This document shows positions 1 through 8,959 of a stretch of DNA of 64,000 nucleotides, one piece after another (position 1 is the first letter of the stretch; every line of letters starts with the position of its first letter). The stretch lies in the NCBI GenBank assembly GCA_045605085.1, contig JAZUPI010000004.1, positions 44,114 through 108,113 on the forward strand, read 5' to 3'. A model generated the notes under the pieces. The model was not told the DNA's origin, made no database searches, and saw only the letters and a program-made list of their open reading frames with translations. The position numbers were made by a program, and so were the translations under genes. Origin of the DNA: Acutalibacteraceae bacterium (GTDB lineage Bacteria; Bacillota; Clostridia; Oscillospirales; Acutalibacteraceae).

Positions 1-473
1 TCAAGCAGTACCCTGAGCTCTGCAACTGCTCTTGCCGTTGCAAAATCGTACTGTTCGCGAAGCTCAGGCTTTTTACCTGCATCCTCTGCCCTCATATGAA
101 TAATTTCAACGTTGGTAACACCCATTTTTTCTGCCATATCTTCAACAGCCTTAAGCTTTTTGCCTGTTGAATCTAGCAACGTAACCTTAACCTGTGGATA
201 TGCTGCTGCAAGCACAAGTCCAGGGAAGCCGGCACCCGTACCCACGTCTATAACCTTTTGACCGGGTTTAAAATCGGCATATTTACCCACAAGCAGACAA
301 TCAAGAAAATGCTTCAGAGCAATTCCTTCATCATCTAAAATGGTTGTAAGATTGATTTTCTCATTCCACTCTCTCAAAAGAGTGCCATAAATACTAAGTT
401 TTTCACCGAGGGCATCGTCAATAACAATACCGTATTCTTCGCTATGTTTTTTTAATATCTCAATTATAGACAT
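1..473 (-). CDS. rsmG: 16S rRNA (guanine-N7)-methyltransferase RsmG/GidB, 3' end cut by window edge
   Basis: Own reverse translation from ATG at 473..471 gives MSIIEILKKHSEEYGIVIDDALGEKLSIYGTLLREWNEKINLTTILDDEGIALKHFLDCLLVGKYADFKPGQKVIDVGTGAGFPGLVLAAAYPQVKVT. The SAM-binding VIDVGTGAGFPG motif is typical of RsmG. The ORF is open to position 1. Confidence 0.85.
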   Translation of the reverse strand, partial: MSIIEILKKHSEEYGIVIDDALGEKLSIYGTLLREWNEKINLTTILDDEGIALKHFLDCLLVGKYADFKPGQKVIDVGTGAGFPGLVLAAAYPQVKVTLLDSTGKKLKAVEDMAEKMGVTNVEIIHMRAEDAGKKPELREQYDFATARAVAELRVLL

Positions 474-474
474 A

Positions 475-2880
475 TTAACCTCTGTAAAGCTTCATTATTT
501 CTCTTACAGGACCTGCAAAGCATTCTGCAAGAGGTGGCAATGGATTTTCGTTCTTAAGGAAATCTGTAAATACCATACCCTTGTAATCATTTGCCATCTG
601 GAATTTTGCAATGGTCTGAATAAGCTGTTGCTTTTTATCCATATTAGCAAGATAAGTACAATCTTCAAAGAACACTTCTACCTTGGACGTTGTTTTTGCA
701 CTTACTGTAACCTGAAGAGCCTTGCCACATTTTTCTACCTTTGCAGCTACCTCTTTACCGTTAACCTTAACCTTAACTTCACCTTCAACAATGTCCTTAA
801 ACTTAATAACATATGTTCTCTTTTCAGGTGCAACAGAGCTGTCGCCCTCTGCTTTTTCAATCTTGAAGGAAACCTTTGAGCCTTCTTCTGCAACAGTAAA
901 TGCAGTTTTTAGGTACTCACCGTTCTGATATGAAAGTGTTTCACCATCGTCCTCGTAAAGAGTAAAGGTGTTGTTTCCTCTGTAAACCCAAAGCTCAAGT
1001 GTTTCAGGGTTGGAGCAATCGTTAGTCCTGTCGTTTGCACTCATAGGAATAATTGCACCTGCCTTAGCAAGTACAGGCATAGCTTCAATATCACGATACA
1101 TCTTAATAAAGTGATTGCCGCTATAAATTCTGTCTGTGAAAATATCTGTATATCTTCCTTCAGGCACCCACACGTTTACACCTGCAAGGTTTGTGTCTGA
1201 TGAAGTATGCTCTGTAATTGGTGCAACAATAAGCTCTGTACCAAAGAAGAACTGATTTTTGCATTCGTATGAGCGCTTATCGTCAGGGTATGCGTAGTAC
1301 ATAGGCTCACAAATTGCTCTGCAATCCATATGTGTACGGTAGTTCATTGTGTAGATATATGGAAGAAGCTTGTGTCTGAAACGCAAAGCATCCTTAGCAA
1401 TTCTTTCAACAGGTCCACTGTAGTTCCAAGGCTCTTTGCCCATAAACTCATTGTTTGTTGAATGAAGTCGCATAACAGGACTGAACACGCCAAGCTGCAC
1501 CCAACGAAGGTAAAGCTCGTCGTCCTTCTTGCCCATACAGTGACCACCGATGTCGTGGCTCCACCAAGGGTACGCAATGTTCGATGCAGTAGCAGTAAAG
1601 CCCGGCTGGAAGTCAAGACTTGACCAGGTTTGTGTTGTGTCACCACTGAAACCTAACGGATAACGCTGACTACCTGCACCACAGAAACGTGAAAGTATAA
1701 GTGGTCTGTGGTTATTCCTTGCGTTATCAAGGAAATGATAGTGGTTAAGAGCCCACAATGGATCTAAGCCGGGAACTGCAGTTCTTGTACCCTGCTGCCA
1801 GTCAATCCACCAGAAATCAACGCCCATTTTTTCAAATGGATGGTGAAGAATATCGAAATAGTTCATTGTGAACTTCTTATCAGTAATGTCGAACTTAACA
1901 GGCTCTTTTTTCTCAGGGTCCTGACCCATTGCTTTACACATATCCTCGTACTGATCCTCGAACCAACGAACACCCATTGATGGATGAAGGTTAAAGGTTA
2001 CGCGATAGTTGTCATCCTTAAGCTTTTTAAGGAAGCCTGCAGGATCCGGGAACAAATCTGTATTAAAGCTGTAGCCGGTCCAACCTGTTGACCAGAAGTC
2101 GTACACAAATTCCATAAAGTTTTTGTGCGGATGAATCTTGTGGCTATCTTTACCGAACTTATCTTTAATATCAACCCAGTGCCAGTCCATATCTACAGTT
2201 GCAACTGTAATCGGAATTTCTTCCTCTTTGAATTTATCCATAAGGCTGAGGTATTCACTTTGTGAATATGCCTTATATCTGCTCCACCAGTTAGAGAGAG
2301 CATAACGTGGAATAAGTGGCACCTTGCCTGTTAATTTATATAAGTCTGTAGTGGCACCAATATAGTCGTTGCCATAAGCAAAGTAATACTCGTCTGTACC
2401 CTTATGCTCTCTTGGAAGAATTGAGCCATCCTCCTTAAGCACAAGAGTTTTACTGTCATCAAGGATTGCCACACCATTACGTGAGCAAACACCATCGTTA
2501 AGTGTAATAACGCCAGCAGTAATGTCAAGTGTACGGCAAGTACCCTTCAGGTTACCTGCTGTGTAGTTTGTTACAACCCTACCATCACGAAGCTTGATGC
2601 GAAGCATTTTCTGTGCTTTGAGCGAATAAAGGAAGTTTGCCTTTGTTGTTTTAATTTCTATAGTATCCCTTGACTCATTAACCTTAAATTCAGGCTCACA
2701 GAAATCACGGAACCACACACTTTGTGTAGGCTCGTCGCAGAATTCTCCTTTAGCTTGCACCTCTACACGCAAAAGACAAGGTGTAATAACCGTAAATCTT
2801 GTGTTTTTACGTACAATTACATGGCTTTTATGTGCCACAGGAGAGCATTCAATTTTAAATCTTTTCGCAAATTGTTCCAT
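475..2880 (-). CDS. glycoside hydrolase family 31 (alpha-glucosidase/alpha-xylosidase type)
   Basis: 801-aa ORF with GH31-like segments (TVDMDWHW, VDFWWIDWQQG, GFSGDTTQTWSSL, WWSHDIGGH). Specificity cannot be assigned by eye. Confidence 0.75.
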   Translation of the reverse strand: MEQFAKRFKIECSPVAHKSHVIVRKNTRFTVITPCLLRVEVQAKGEFCDEPTQSVWFRDFCEPEFKVNESRDTIEIKTTKANFLYSLKAQKMLRIKLRDGRVVTNYTAGNLKGTCRTLDITAGVITLNDGVCSRNGVAILDDSKTLVLKEDGSILPREHKGTDEYYFAYGNDYIGATTDLYKLTGKVPLIPRYALSNWWSRYKAYSQSEYLSLMDKFKEEEIPITVATVDMDWHWVDIKDKFGKDSHKIHPHKNFMEFVYDFWSTGWTGYSFNTDLFPDPAGFLKKLKDDNYRVTFNLHPSMGVRWFEDQYEDMCKAMGQDPEKKEPVKFDITDKKFTMNYFDILHHPFEKMGVDFWWIDWQQGTRTAVPGLDPLWALNHYHFLDNARNNHRPLILSRFCGAGSQRYPLGFSGDTTQTWSSLDFQPGFTATASNIAYPWWSHDIGGHCMGKKDDELYLRWVQLGVFSPVMRLHSTNNEFMGKEPWNYSGPVERIAKDALRFRHKLLPYIYTMNYRTHMDCRAICEPMYYAYPDDKRSYECKNQFFFGTELIVAPITEHTSSDTNLAGVNVWVPEGRYTDIFTDRIYSGNHFIKMYRDIEAMPVLAKAGAIIPMSANDRTNDCSNPETLELWVYRGNNTFTLYEDDGETLSYQNGEYLKTAFTVAEEGSKVSFKIEKAEGDSSVAPEKRTYVIKFKDIVEGEVKVKVNGKEVAAKVEKCGKALQVTVSAKTTSKVEVFFEDCTYLANMDKKQQLIQTIAKFQMANDYKGMVFTDFLKNENPLPPLAECFAGPVREIMKLYRG

Positions 2881-3057
2881 AGTATACTCCTTTTGTCGAA
2901 ATTATCCTGATATTATAATACATCATATTACTATTAAAGTCAACAAAGGCATTTCATTCCAATATAACCAAATAGTAGCCTCTTTTTTCTACACTTGCTA
3001 TCGTTGACAAAGTATGCGCTATTTGGTAAAATTATTGTTTGTGAAGGAGATGTTTCT

Positions 3058-4557
3058 ATGATTTTCCAAAGAAAAATCGGCTTTGATAACAATATGTATC
3101 TCGAAAAACAGTCCGAGCAGATTTTAAAGCGTGTTGACGATTTCGGTGGCAGACTTTACCTTGAATTAGGTGGTAAGCTTTTCGACGATTTCCATGCTTC
3201 ACGTGTTTTACCGGGCTTCAAGCCAGACAGTAAGCTTCAGATGCTTCTTAAACTCCGTGAGCACGCTGAGGTTGTTATTGTTATATCCGCAAGTGACATT
3301 GAAAACAACAAAATACGCCGTGACCTTGGCATCTCTTACGACAGTGACGTTTTAAGACTTATGGACGCTTTCACAAGTGCAGGTCTTTTTGTTGGCAGCG
3401 TTGTTATTACACAATTTGATGGTCAACCATCAGCCCTTAAGTTCAAAGAAAAGCTTACAGGTCTTGGCATAAAAGTCTTTATGCACTACCCTATTGAAGG
3501 TTACCCATATAACGTAAAGAAAATTGTAAGTGAAGAGGGCTTCGGCAAAAACGAATATATAGAGACATCACGCCCTGTAGTTATTATGACTGCTCCGGGT
3601 CCCGGTAGTGGTAAAATGGCAACGTGTCTTTCACAGCTTTACCACGATAATTTAAGAGGCATAAAGGCAGGATACGCAAAGTTTGAAACCTTCCCTGTAT
3701 GGAACCTTCCTCTTAAGCACCCTGTTAACCTTGCCTACGAGGCTGCAACTGCAGACCTCAACGACGTTAATATGATTGACCCGTATCACCTTGAAGCATA
3801 CGGCATTTCTACAGTTAACTATAACCGTGACGTTGAGGTTTTCCCTGTACTTAACGCTATGTTTGAAAAAATTGAAGGCGAAAGCCCATATAAGTCACCT
3901 ACAGATATGGGTGTTAATATGGTTGGCTACTGCATTACAGACGACGCACTTTGTTGCAAGGCTTCTCACGAAGAAATAGTAAGACGATATTTCACAACAC
4001 TTTGCGACAAAAAAATGGGTCAGCAAAATGACAAAACAATCGCAAAAATTGAAAGCTTAATGAACCAGGCAGGTATTTCTGCAGAAAGTGTTCGTCCCGC
4101 AGTAAAAGCAGCCATTTCCAAAAGTCAGGAAACAGGCAACCGTCCTGCTGTTGCAATAGAGCTTCCTAATGGTGAAATTGTTACAGGTAAAACAAGTGAC
4201 TTGTTAGGAGCTGCATCTGCTGCAATACTTAACTCTCTTAAGGTTGTTTCCGGTATTGATGACAAGGAACTTCTTATTCAGCGTGAGATTATTGAACCTA
4301 TTCAGGCTTTAAAAACAGGCATATTAGGTAACCATAACCCTAGACTTCATACCGACGAAACACTTATTGCCCTTACAATGAGTGCAGTTACTAATGAGAA
4401 AGCAAAAAAAGCCGTCGACGTTCTCAAGGAGCTTAAAGGCAGCGAAGCACACGCAACGGTAATTCTTTCACAGATTGACCGTGACACCTTCAGAAAATTA
4501 GGTATCAACCTCACCTGTGAGCCTCACCACGAAAGCAAAAAGCTTTACCATAAATAA
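3058..4557 (+). CDS. UPF0371/DUF1846 family protein
   Basis: Matches the remembered UPF0371 pattern throughout (GGRLYLELGGKLFDDFHASRVLPGF, TAPGPGSGKMATC, GYAKFETFPVWNLPLKHPVNLAYEAATADLNDVNMIDP, SPTDMGVNMVG). Start moved to ATG 3058, which follows GAAGGAGA. Confidence 0.85.
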   Translation: MIFQRKIGFDNNMYLEKQSEQILKRVDDFGGRLYLELGGKLFDDFHASRVLPGFKPDSKLQMLLKLREHAEVVIVISASDIENNKIRRDLGISYDSDVLRLMDAFTSAGLFVGSVVITQFDGQPSALKFKEKLTGLGIKVFMHYPIEGYPYNVKKIVSEEGFGKNEYIETSRPVVIMTAPGPGSGKMATCLSQLYHDNLRGIKAGYAKFETFPVWNLPLKHPVNLAYEAATADLNDVNMIDPYHLEAYGISTVNYNRDVEVFPVLNAMFEKIEGESPYKSPTDMGVNMVGYCITDDALCCKASHEEIVRRYFTTLCDKKMGQQNDKTIAKIESLMNQAGISAESVRPAVKAAISKSQETGNRPAVAIELPNGEIVTGKTSDLLGAASAAILNSLKVVSGIDDKELLIQREIIEPIQALKTGILGNHNPRLHTDETLIALTMSAVTNEKAKKAVDVLKELKGSEAHATVILSQIDRDTFRKLGINLTCEPHHESKKLYHK

Positions 4558-4564
4558 TATTCCG

Positions 4565-4600
4565 CAAGGCATAGCATATTGCTATGCCTTGTATTTTTTT
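4565..4600 (+). terminator. rho-independent terminator after DUF1846 gene
   Basis: Hairpin CAAGGCATAGCA-TAT-TGCTATGCCTTG at 4565-4591, followed by a T-run to 4600. Confidence 0.8.
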
Positions 4601-4619
4601 GCGTTTTGTGTTAAAATTT

Positions 4620-4830
4620 TTTCATCGGTTTATGGAATCAGGTGCAAATCCTGAACGAGCCCGTCGCCGTAATATGCAAACAGTTCTTTTCTATCAGCAG
4701 ACCGCAAAGCTGAGAAAAGCCATTGGCTAGCGCCGAGAAGGCGAAAAGAATGCATAAAGTCGAAATACTTAACCGATAATTACCTTTTCTGAATGCGAGC
4801 GCCTGAATGAAAAGGGACAAAAAACATTTC
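4620..4830 (+). promoter_or_regulatory. cobalamin (B12) riboswitch
   Basis: Conserved cores are GGTGCAAATCC (4641-4651), GCCCGTCGCCGTAA (4659-4672), B12-box-like AGCCATTGG (4718-4726) and GAGAAGGCG (4735-4743). The closing stem is ATCGGTT 4624-4630 with AACCGAT 4771-4777. A downstream CCTTTTC...GAAAAGG hairpin (about 4784-4815) precedes the RBS of the next gene. Confidence 0.8.
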
Positions 4831-4849
4831 TGATAAAGGAGAAAAAACT

Positions 4850-5317
4850 ATGAAAAAAACAAACAACAAATCCTTGTTGTCTGTTATCCTTTCATTTGTG
4901 CTTATTGCGGTTATAGCATTTACAATGTTCGGATGTACCGGCAACAAAAACACAGACGAAACTACTACAGAGGCTACTGTACAAACAACAGAAGCGAACG
5001 TACCCGTTGTTATAGGTGAAGGCGAGGTTCAAATAACCTTCACCGTCACACACAAAGATGGTACAACAAAGGTCTTTACTGTCAACACAACAAAAGAAAC
5101 TGCCACAGTTGGTGAAGCTTTGCAAAAAGCAGGGTTAATATCAGGTGATATTGGAGACTATGGGTTATACGTTAAAACTGTTGACGGAGAAACTCTCGAC
5201 TACAACACCGACGGCATGTATTGGGCTTTTTACGAAAACGGCGCATATGGTGCAAAAGGTGTAGACCAGACAACCATTGACACAGCAGTAAAATATGAAT
5301 TCAAAGCAGAAAAGTAA
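4850..5317 (+). CDS. DUF4430-like secreted lipoprotein (candidate cobalamin-binding protein)
   Basis: Signal peptide with lipobox FTMFGC (Cys29). C-terminal pattern GLYVKTVDGE...MYWAFYENGAYGAKGVD resembles DUF4430. Sits immediately downstream of the B12 riboswitch, with RBS AAGGAG. Confidence 0.6.
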   Translation: MKKTNNKSLLSVILSFVLIAVIAFTMFGCTGNKNTDETTTEATVQTTEANVPVVIGEGEVQITFTVTHKDGTTKVFTVNTTKETATVGEALQKAGLISGDIGDYGLYVKTVDGETLDYNTDGMYWAFYENGAYGAKGVDQTTIDTAVKYEFKAEK

Positions 5318-5831
5318 AGTACACATTAAAGAAATCGCCATTTTTGGTATGCTTGGTGCTTTGATGTATGCTTCCAAGGTCATCATGGAGGCTTTACCAA
5401 ATATTCATCTTATAGGTGTGTTTGTTGTTGCAACAACAGTTGTTTACAGAAAAAAAGCATTGTATCCCATATATATTTTTATCTTTCTAACGGGACTGCT
5501 TAACGGATTTGGTACCTGGTGGATACCCTACCTTTATCTGTGGGCTGTGTTATGGGGGGCGGTTATGCTGTTACCCAAGAATATTGAGGGGAAAAAAACA
5601 GCACCTTTGATATTTGCTGTTGTTTGCTCGTTGCATGGCTTTTTGTACGGAGTTTTGTATGCACCCTTTCAGGCTATTGTGTACAACCTCAATTTTGAAG
5701 GTACACTCGCGTGGATTGCAACAGGCCTACCATTTGACATAACCCACGGCATAAGTAATTTCATATGCACATTGATACTTTCGGTGCCTATTATAACTGT
5801 ACTTCGTAAAGCAGAAAAAATGGTTAAATAA
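5295..5831 (+). CDS. ECF transporter S component (substrate-capture subunit; B12-regulated, CbrT-like candidate)
   Basis: 178-aa polytopic membrane protein of ECF S-component size and architecture. Overlaps the upstream lipoprotein gene by 23 nt, indicating co-transcription behind the riboswitch. Confidence 0.55.
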   Translation: MNSKQKSKVHIKEIAIFGMLGALMYASKVIMEALPNIHLIGVFVVATTVVYRKKALYPIYIFIFLTGLLNGFGTWWIPYLYLWAVLWGAVMLLPKNIEGKKTAPLIFAVVCSLHGFLYGVLYAPFQAIVYNLNFEGTLAWIATGLPFDITHGISNFICTLILSVPIITVLRKAEKMVK

Positions 5832-5838
5832 TCCAAAT

Positions 5839-5876
5839 GAGCTGTGAAAACCACAAGTTTTCACAGCTCGTTTTTT
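5839..5876. terminator. bidirectional rho-independent terminator
   Basis: 13-bp stem GAGCTGTGAAAAC / GTTTTCACAGCTC with a T-run at 5871-5876. Lies between convergent genes. Confidence 0.8.
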
Positions 5877-5877
5877 A

Positions 5878-6258
5878 TTATATAAACTTAATAATAATCA
5901 GCACAAGCACATTACATAAAAAAATCATGTCCTTTGTGAGCTTTTGCTTAAGCAACACCTGTGTAAGCAAATCCCCGTTCACTTTAGCAGTACGATATAT
6001 TTTTCGCATAAGGCTTATGTAAAATTCTTTGGATTCCTTACAAACACTCTCATATTCTTTTCTCACAAACTTATACTCCCATATACTTTCCGTAACTATA
6101 CCATAAACCAGGTATAAAACAGAGTGCACAAGCAACACAATGAAAAATTGTATTTCTCCTTTTCTGAAGAACATATATAATTCGATAGCGCTTAAAAGCA
6201 CTTGCAAAGCAATAAACACTTTGTTTGCACATATAATTCCTTTAATATGCTTTTTCAT
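5878..6258 (-). CDS. small integral membrane protein, unknown function
   Basis: Hydrophobic ORF. Start moved to ATG 6258 (MKKHIKG...), which follows GGGGGA and lies directly after the upstream gene's TAG stop. Confidence 0.5.
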   Translation of the reverse strand: MKKHIKGIICANKVFIALQVLLSAIELYMFFRKGEIQFFIVLLVHSVLYLVYGIVTESIWEYKFVRKEYESVCKESKEFYISLMRKIYRTAKVNGDLLTQVLLKQKLTKDMIFLCNVLVLIIIKFI

Positions 6259-6259
6259 A

Positions 6260-6979
6260 CTAAAACAATCCCCCATTATACTTGTACTGAATTTTAAATA
6301 TAAAAGCGCACCCTATAATCAAGCCCGCAGAAAGAATAACAGTTCCTGCTGATTCTATAATCTTTATTGATGGAAAAAGAGTCGTAATTGCACTTACCAC
6401 AACGGGAATACCCATAAGCATAGTAGCTTTTCCCATCGCCTTGCAATACCCTTCTCTATCTACAACATTTGTGTAATGATAGGAATGTATAAGAGAAATG
6501 TGACCTTTACTTATTGCAAAGCCTGTTGCGGAAAGAAGAACACCCACAGTAAGCAAACCAATAAACTCGGTAGTATTTTCAAATGACACTGTTGTTACGG
6601 CGCTATCTATAAAATAAATGAATGTAGGTATTGCGGCAGGAAGCAAAAGAACACAAAAAATCACAGAAACAACTATCATCTGCATCTTTTTCTTCTTCAC
6701 AACCTCTTCCTGTGATTTCATAGCACCAATCACATTTTTCTCTGCAATTTCGGATAAATCCTCATTTTCTATGGGTTCCCCTGCAAGCAGTTCATTTACA
6801 CTCACTCCGAAAAATTCACTTAAGGCAACAAGCGAGCTGACATCGGGATAGCCTTTGCCGGTTTCCCAACGGGATATTGCTTTGTCAGAAACATGAAGTT
6901 TATCTGCCAATTGTTTTTGTGTCAAATTCTTTTCCCTTCGCAAAAGGGAAATAAATTCACCGCATTTCTTTGATGTCAT
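6260..6979 (-). CDS. XRE-family HTH transcriptional regulator with C-terminal transmembrane domain
   Basis: N-terminus LRREKNLTQKQLADKLHVSDKAISRWETGKGYPDVSSLVALSEFFGVSVNELL is a classic HTH_3/XRE fold, followed by about 4 hydrophobic helices. Confidence 0.8.
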   Translation of the reverse strand: MTSKKCGEFISLLRREKNLTQKQLADKLHVSDKAISRWETGKGYPDVSSLVALSEFFGVSVNELLAGEPIENEDLSEIAEKNVIGAMKSQEEVVKKKKMQMIVVSVIFCVLLLPAAIPTFIYFIDSAVTTVSFENTTEFIGLLTVGVLLSATGFAISKGHISLIHSYHYTNVVDREGYCKAMGKATMLMGIPVVVSAITTLFPSIKIIESAGTVILSAGLIIGCAFIFKIQYKYNGGLF

Positions 6980-7136
6980 AAATTCACCTGCTTTCTGATT
7001 TTATTTTATCAAAAAGCAAAATGCCGGTCAATCTATGAATCGTAGAATCAGCAATTATCGGAGAGCAAGCACAATCCAAGGGATGATAAGCTATCGCATC
7101 ACAACAGCTTCTTTTATAATCAACACGTAGCGTTCC

Positions 7137-7254
7137 AAAATTTTGAATTTTGTATTTTGAATTTTCAATTTCCCGCGAAGCTCTGGCAACTGGCATCTGG
7201 CATCTTTACAATCGCAACGCAGTTACGAAATTTTGAATTTTAAATTTTCAATTT
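7137..7254. repeat. mosaic intergenic repeat, locus A (reverse orientation relative to locus C)
   Basis: From left to right: AT-rich heptads 7137-7171, GCGAAGCTCTGGC 7175-7187, heptads CTCTGGC/AACTGGC/ATCTGGC 7181-7201, box TTTACAATCGCAACGCAGTTAC 7205-7226, and a second AT-heptad block GAAATTTTGAATTTTAAATTTTCAATTT 7227-7254. The same modules are seen at about 30.8 and 61.7 kb. Confidence 0.85.
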
Positions 7255-7255
7255 C

Positions 7256-8068
7256 TCACATATTCCTTCTCCAATGAAACAAATACTGTTGTGCAATCCC
7301 CTGTGTTTGTTTATATTCTTGCGGAAAGCCACCAGGATACAATTCCGCTAAAATACGCTTAACCCATACGTCAACAGGGAATGCATCCACTCTTCCGAAG
7401 CCGTAAAGAAGTGCGCACTGTGCAACCTTTTCGCCTACACCGTTAATTTTAAGAAGCTCTGCTTTTGCTTCGTCAAAAGGTAAAGTTTTTACTTTTTCAA
7501 TATCAACCTCTTTTGATGCTATCTTTCGAGAAGCATCAATAATGTACTTTGCCCTGAAGCCTGCACGAAGAGGGGCAAGGTCGTCTACAGAAAGCCTTGC
7601 AACAACCTCTGCCGACGGAAAAGAATAGCTATCCCCTACTTTTTCACCAAAGGCTTCACAGAATCGTTCAATTATTCCCTTTATGCGAGGAATGTTGTTG
7701 TTTGCAGAAATAATAAAGGAGCAAATCGCCTCCCATTCATCTTGCTTTAAAATTCTTATGCCGGGATACGTCTTACATGCAGCAACAAGACTTTCATCCG
7801 TATAAGATGCAAGAATTCTATTGTAATCTCTATCAAGATCGAAATAGCTTTTCCACAAGTTTTCAAAATCTTCAATGGACGTATCGTAAAGGGTAACGGT
7901 TGTTCCTTCTTGCCCTATTTTTAAAAGCTTCCCCTTAACAACACCACACCACAAGCCATTCTCATCCTTTTTCCAACGGAATGCTTGTCCGCAATCTAAC
8001 GAAAGTGCAATATCAAGGTTATCTGTGTTTTCTAAAACTACGTTTTTTCCACATGCTTTAACGTTCAT
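7256..8068 (-). CDS. ogg: 8-oxoguanine DNA glycosylase / N-glycosylase-DNA lyase (OGG1-type, HhH-GPD)
   Basis: An OGG_N-like N-terminus (LDCGQAFRW) is followed by HhH-GPD motifs INGVGEKVAQCALLYG and DAFPVDVWV. The start could be 8068 (MNVKAC) or 8089. Confidence 0.75.
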   Translation of the reverse strand: MNVKACGKNVVLENTDNLDIALSLDCGQAFRWKKDENGLWCGVVKGKLLKIGQEGTTVTLYDTSIEDFENLWKSYFDLDRDYNRILASYTDESLVAACKTYPGIRILKQDEWEAICSFIISANNNIPRIKGIIERFCEAFGEKVGDSYSFPSAEVVARLSVDDLAPLRAGFRAKYIIDASRKIASKEVDIEKVKTLPFDEAKAELLKINGVGEKVAQCALLYGFGRVDAFPVDVWVKRILAELYPGGFPQEYKQTQGIAQQYLFHWRRNM

Positions 8069-8633
8069 TTTTATCACCAATATTATCATATATCATAGGG
8101 TGAATTTAGTAAAGTTTTTTTCTCAACCTATTTCGGGAAAAATTGGCTTTTTCTCCTTTTTAAACAGTATTTTGCTACATTTTTTGTATTGTTTTTCTTT
8201 GTTGATTTTCAACAACGAATATTGATCTTTTTACCTTTTTTTGCCTTTCCATTTTGTATAATTCAAAAACTTTTCAACAAATCGTATATTCTGACCTATG
8301 GTAAATTTTTGTCAAATAAATTATAGAAAACGTCGAAAATCCACCTGTATAGCCTGTTTGGTGGGTTAGTTGTAGACATTTTGAACACTGTTTTGAACAA
8401 TTTCAGACGAAAAGTCTATTATACTTTTTGTATATTTTTCGGCTAGTCATTTTCACAAACACCTCTTCGGATTATTTTTAAAAAGGAATTTCGTTTAATT
8501 TCAAACAAGAAAAAACCATTATAGATTGACGCTTTTTTAACAAAATTTACTCAATAATCTTTTCCACCACTTTTTGTATAAAACAACGAAAATTTATCAT
8601 TATATATATAAAAAATTCAAGGAGTGGTTTTCA

Positions 8634-8900
8634 ATGATAAAAGGTGTAAATAAACAGGTGCTTGAAATAGTAGAAACGCAGAACGGTTTTTTTGAAAAAG
8701 CAATCTTTTTTGTTAAGCCCGAATATAGTGGCGTTTCCGAAAACAAACTTCGAGAAAGTGCAAAAAAAGAAATGGAAAGCGCCGGCTCTCCACCAAAACA
8801 AAGGAAACATACTAACAGAAGCATAAAATCTGCTCTTATTCTTGGTGGGTGCTTTCTGTTAGGGTTAATTATTGGAATTATTTCTGCAGGTACGTTTTAA
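8634..8900 (+). CDS. small hypothetical protein with C-terminal membrane anchor
   Basis: Start at ATG 8634 after AAGGAG. Sequence MIKGVNKQVLEIVET... with a C-terminal hydrophobic helix. No family recognised. Confidence 0.5.
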   Translation: MIKGVNKQVLEIVETQNGFFEKAIFFVKPEYSGVSENKLRESAKKEMESAGSPPKQRKHTNRSIKSALILGGCFLLGLIIGIISAGTF

Positions 8901-8959
8901 CATTGTATTTTTAGCGAAATTATGTTAGTATAAATTCACTTTAAATGTAGGAGACCTAT

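Noticed and set aside
4638-4820. 60-aa minus-strand ORF
   Set aside because: It lies entirely inside the cobalamin riboswitch on the opposite strand.
6984-7196. 70-aa ORF on the minus strand across repeat locus A
   Set aside because: It runs through the heptad and AT-rich repeat modules, has no RBS, and its composition is unlike the neighbouring genes. It is most likely spurious.
8340-8572. DnaA-box-like nonamers (AAATCCACC, TTTTCCACC) in the AT-rich gap, plus rsmG nearby, suggesting a replication origin
   Set aside because: Each box has two mismatches to TTATCCACA. There are only two of them, no dnaA or dnaN is adjacent, and rsmG is 8 kb away. The evidence is insufficient.
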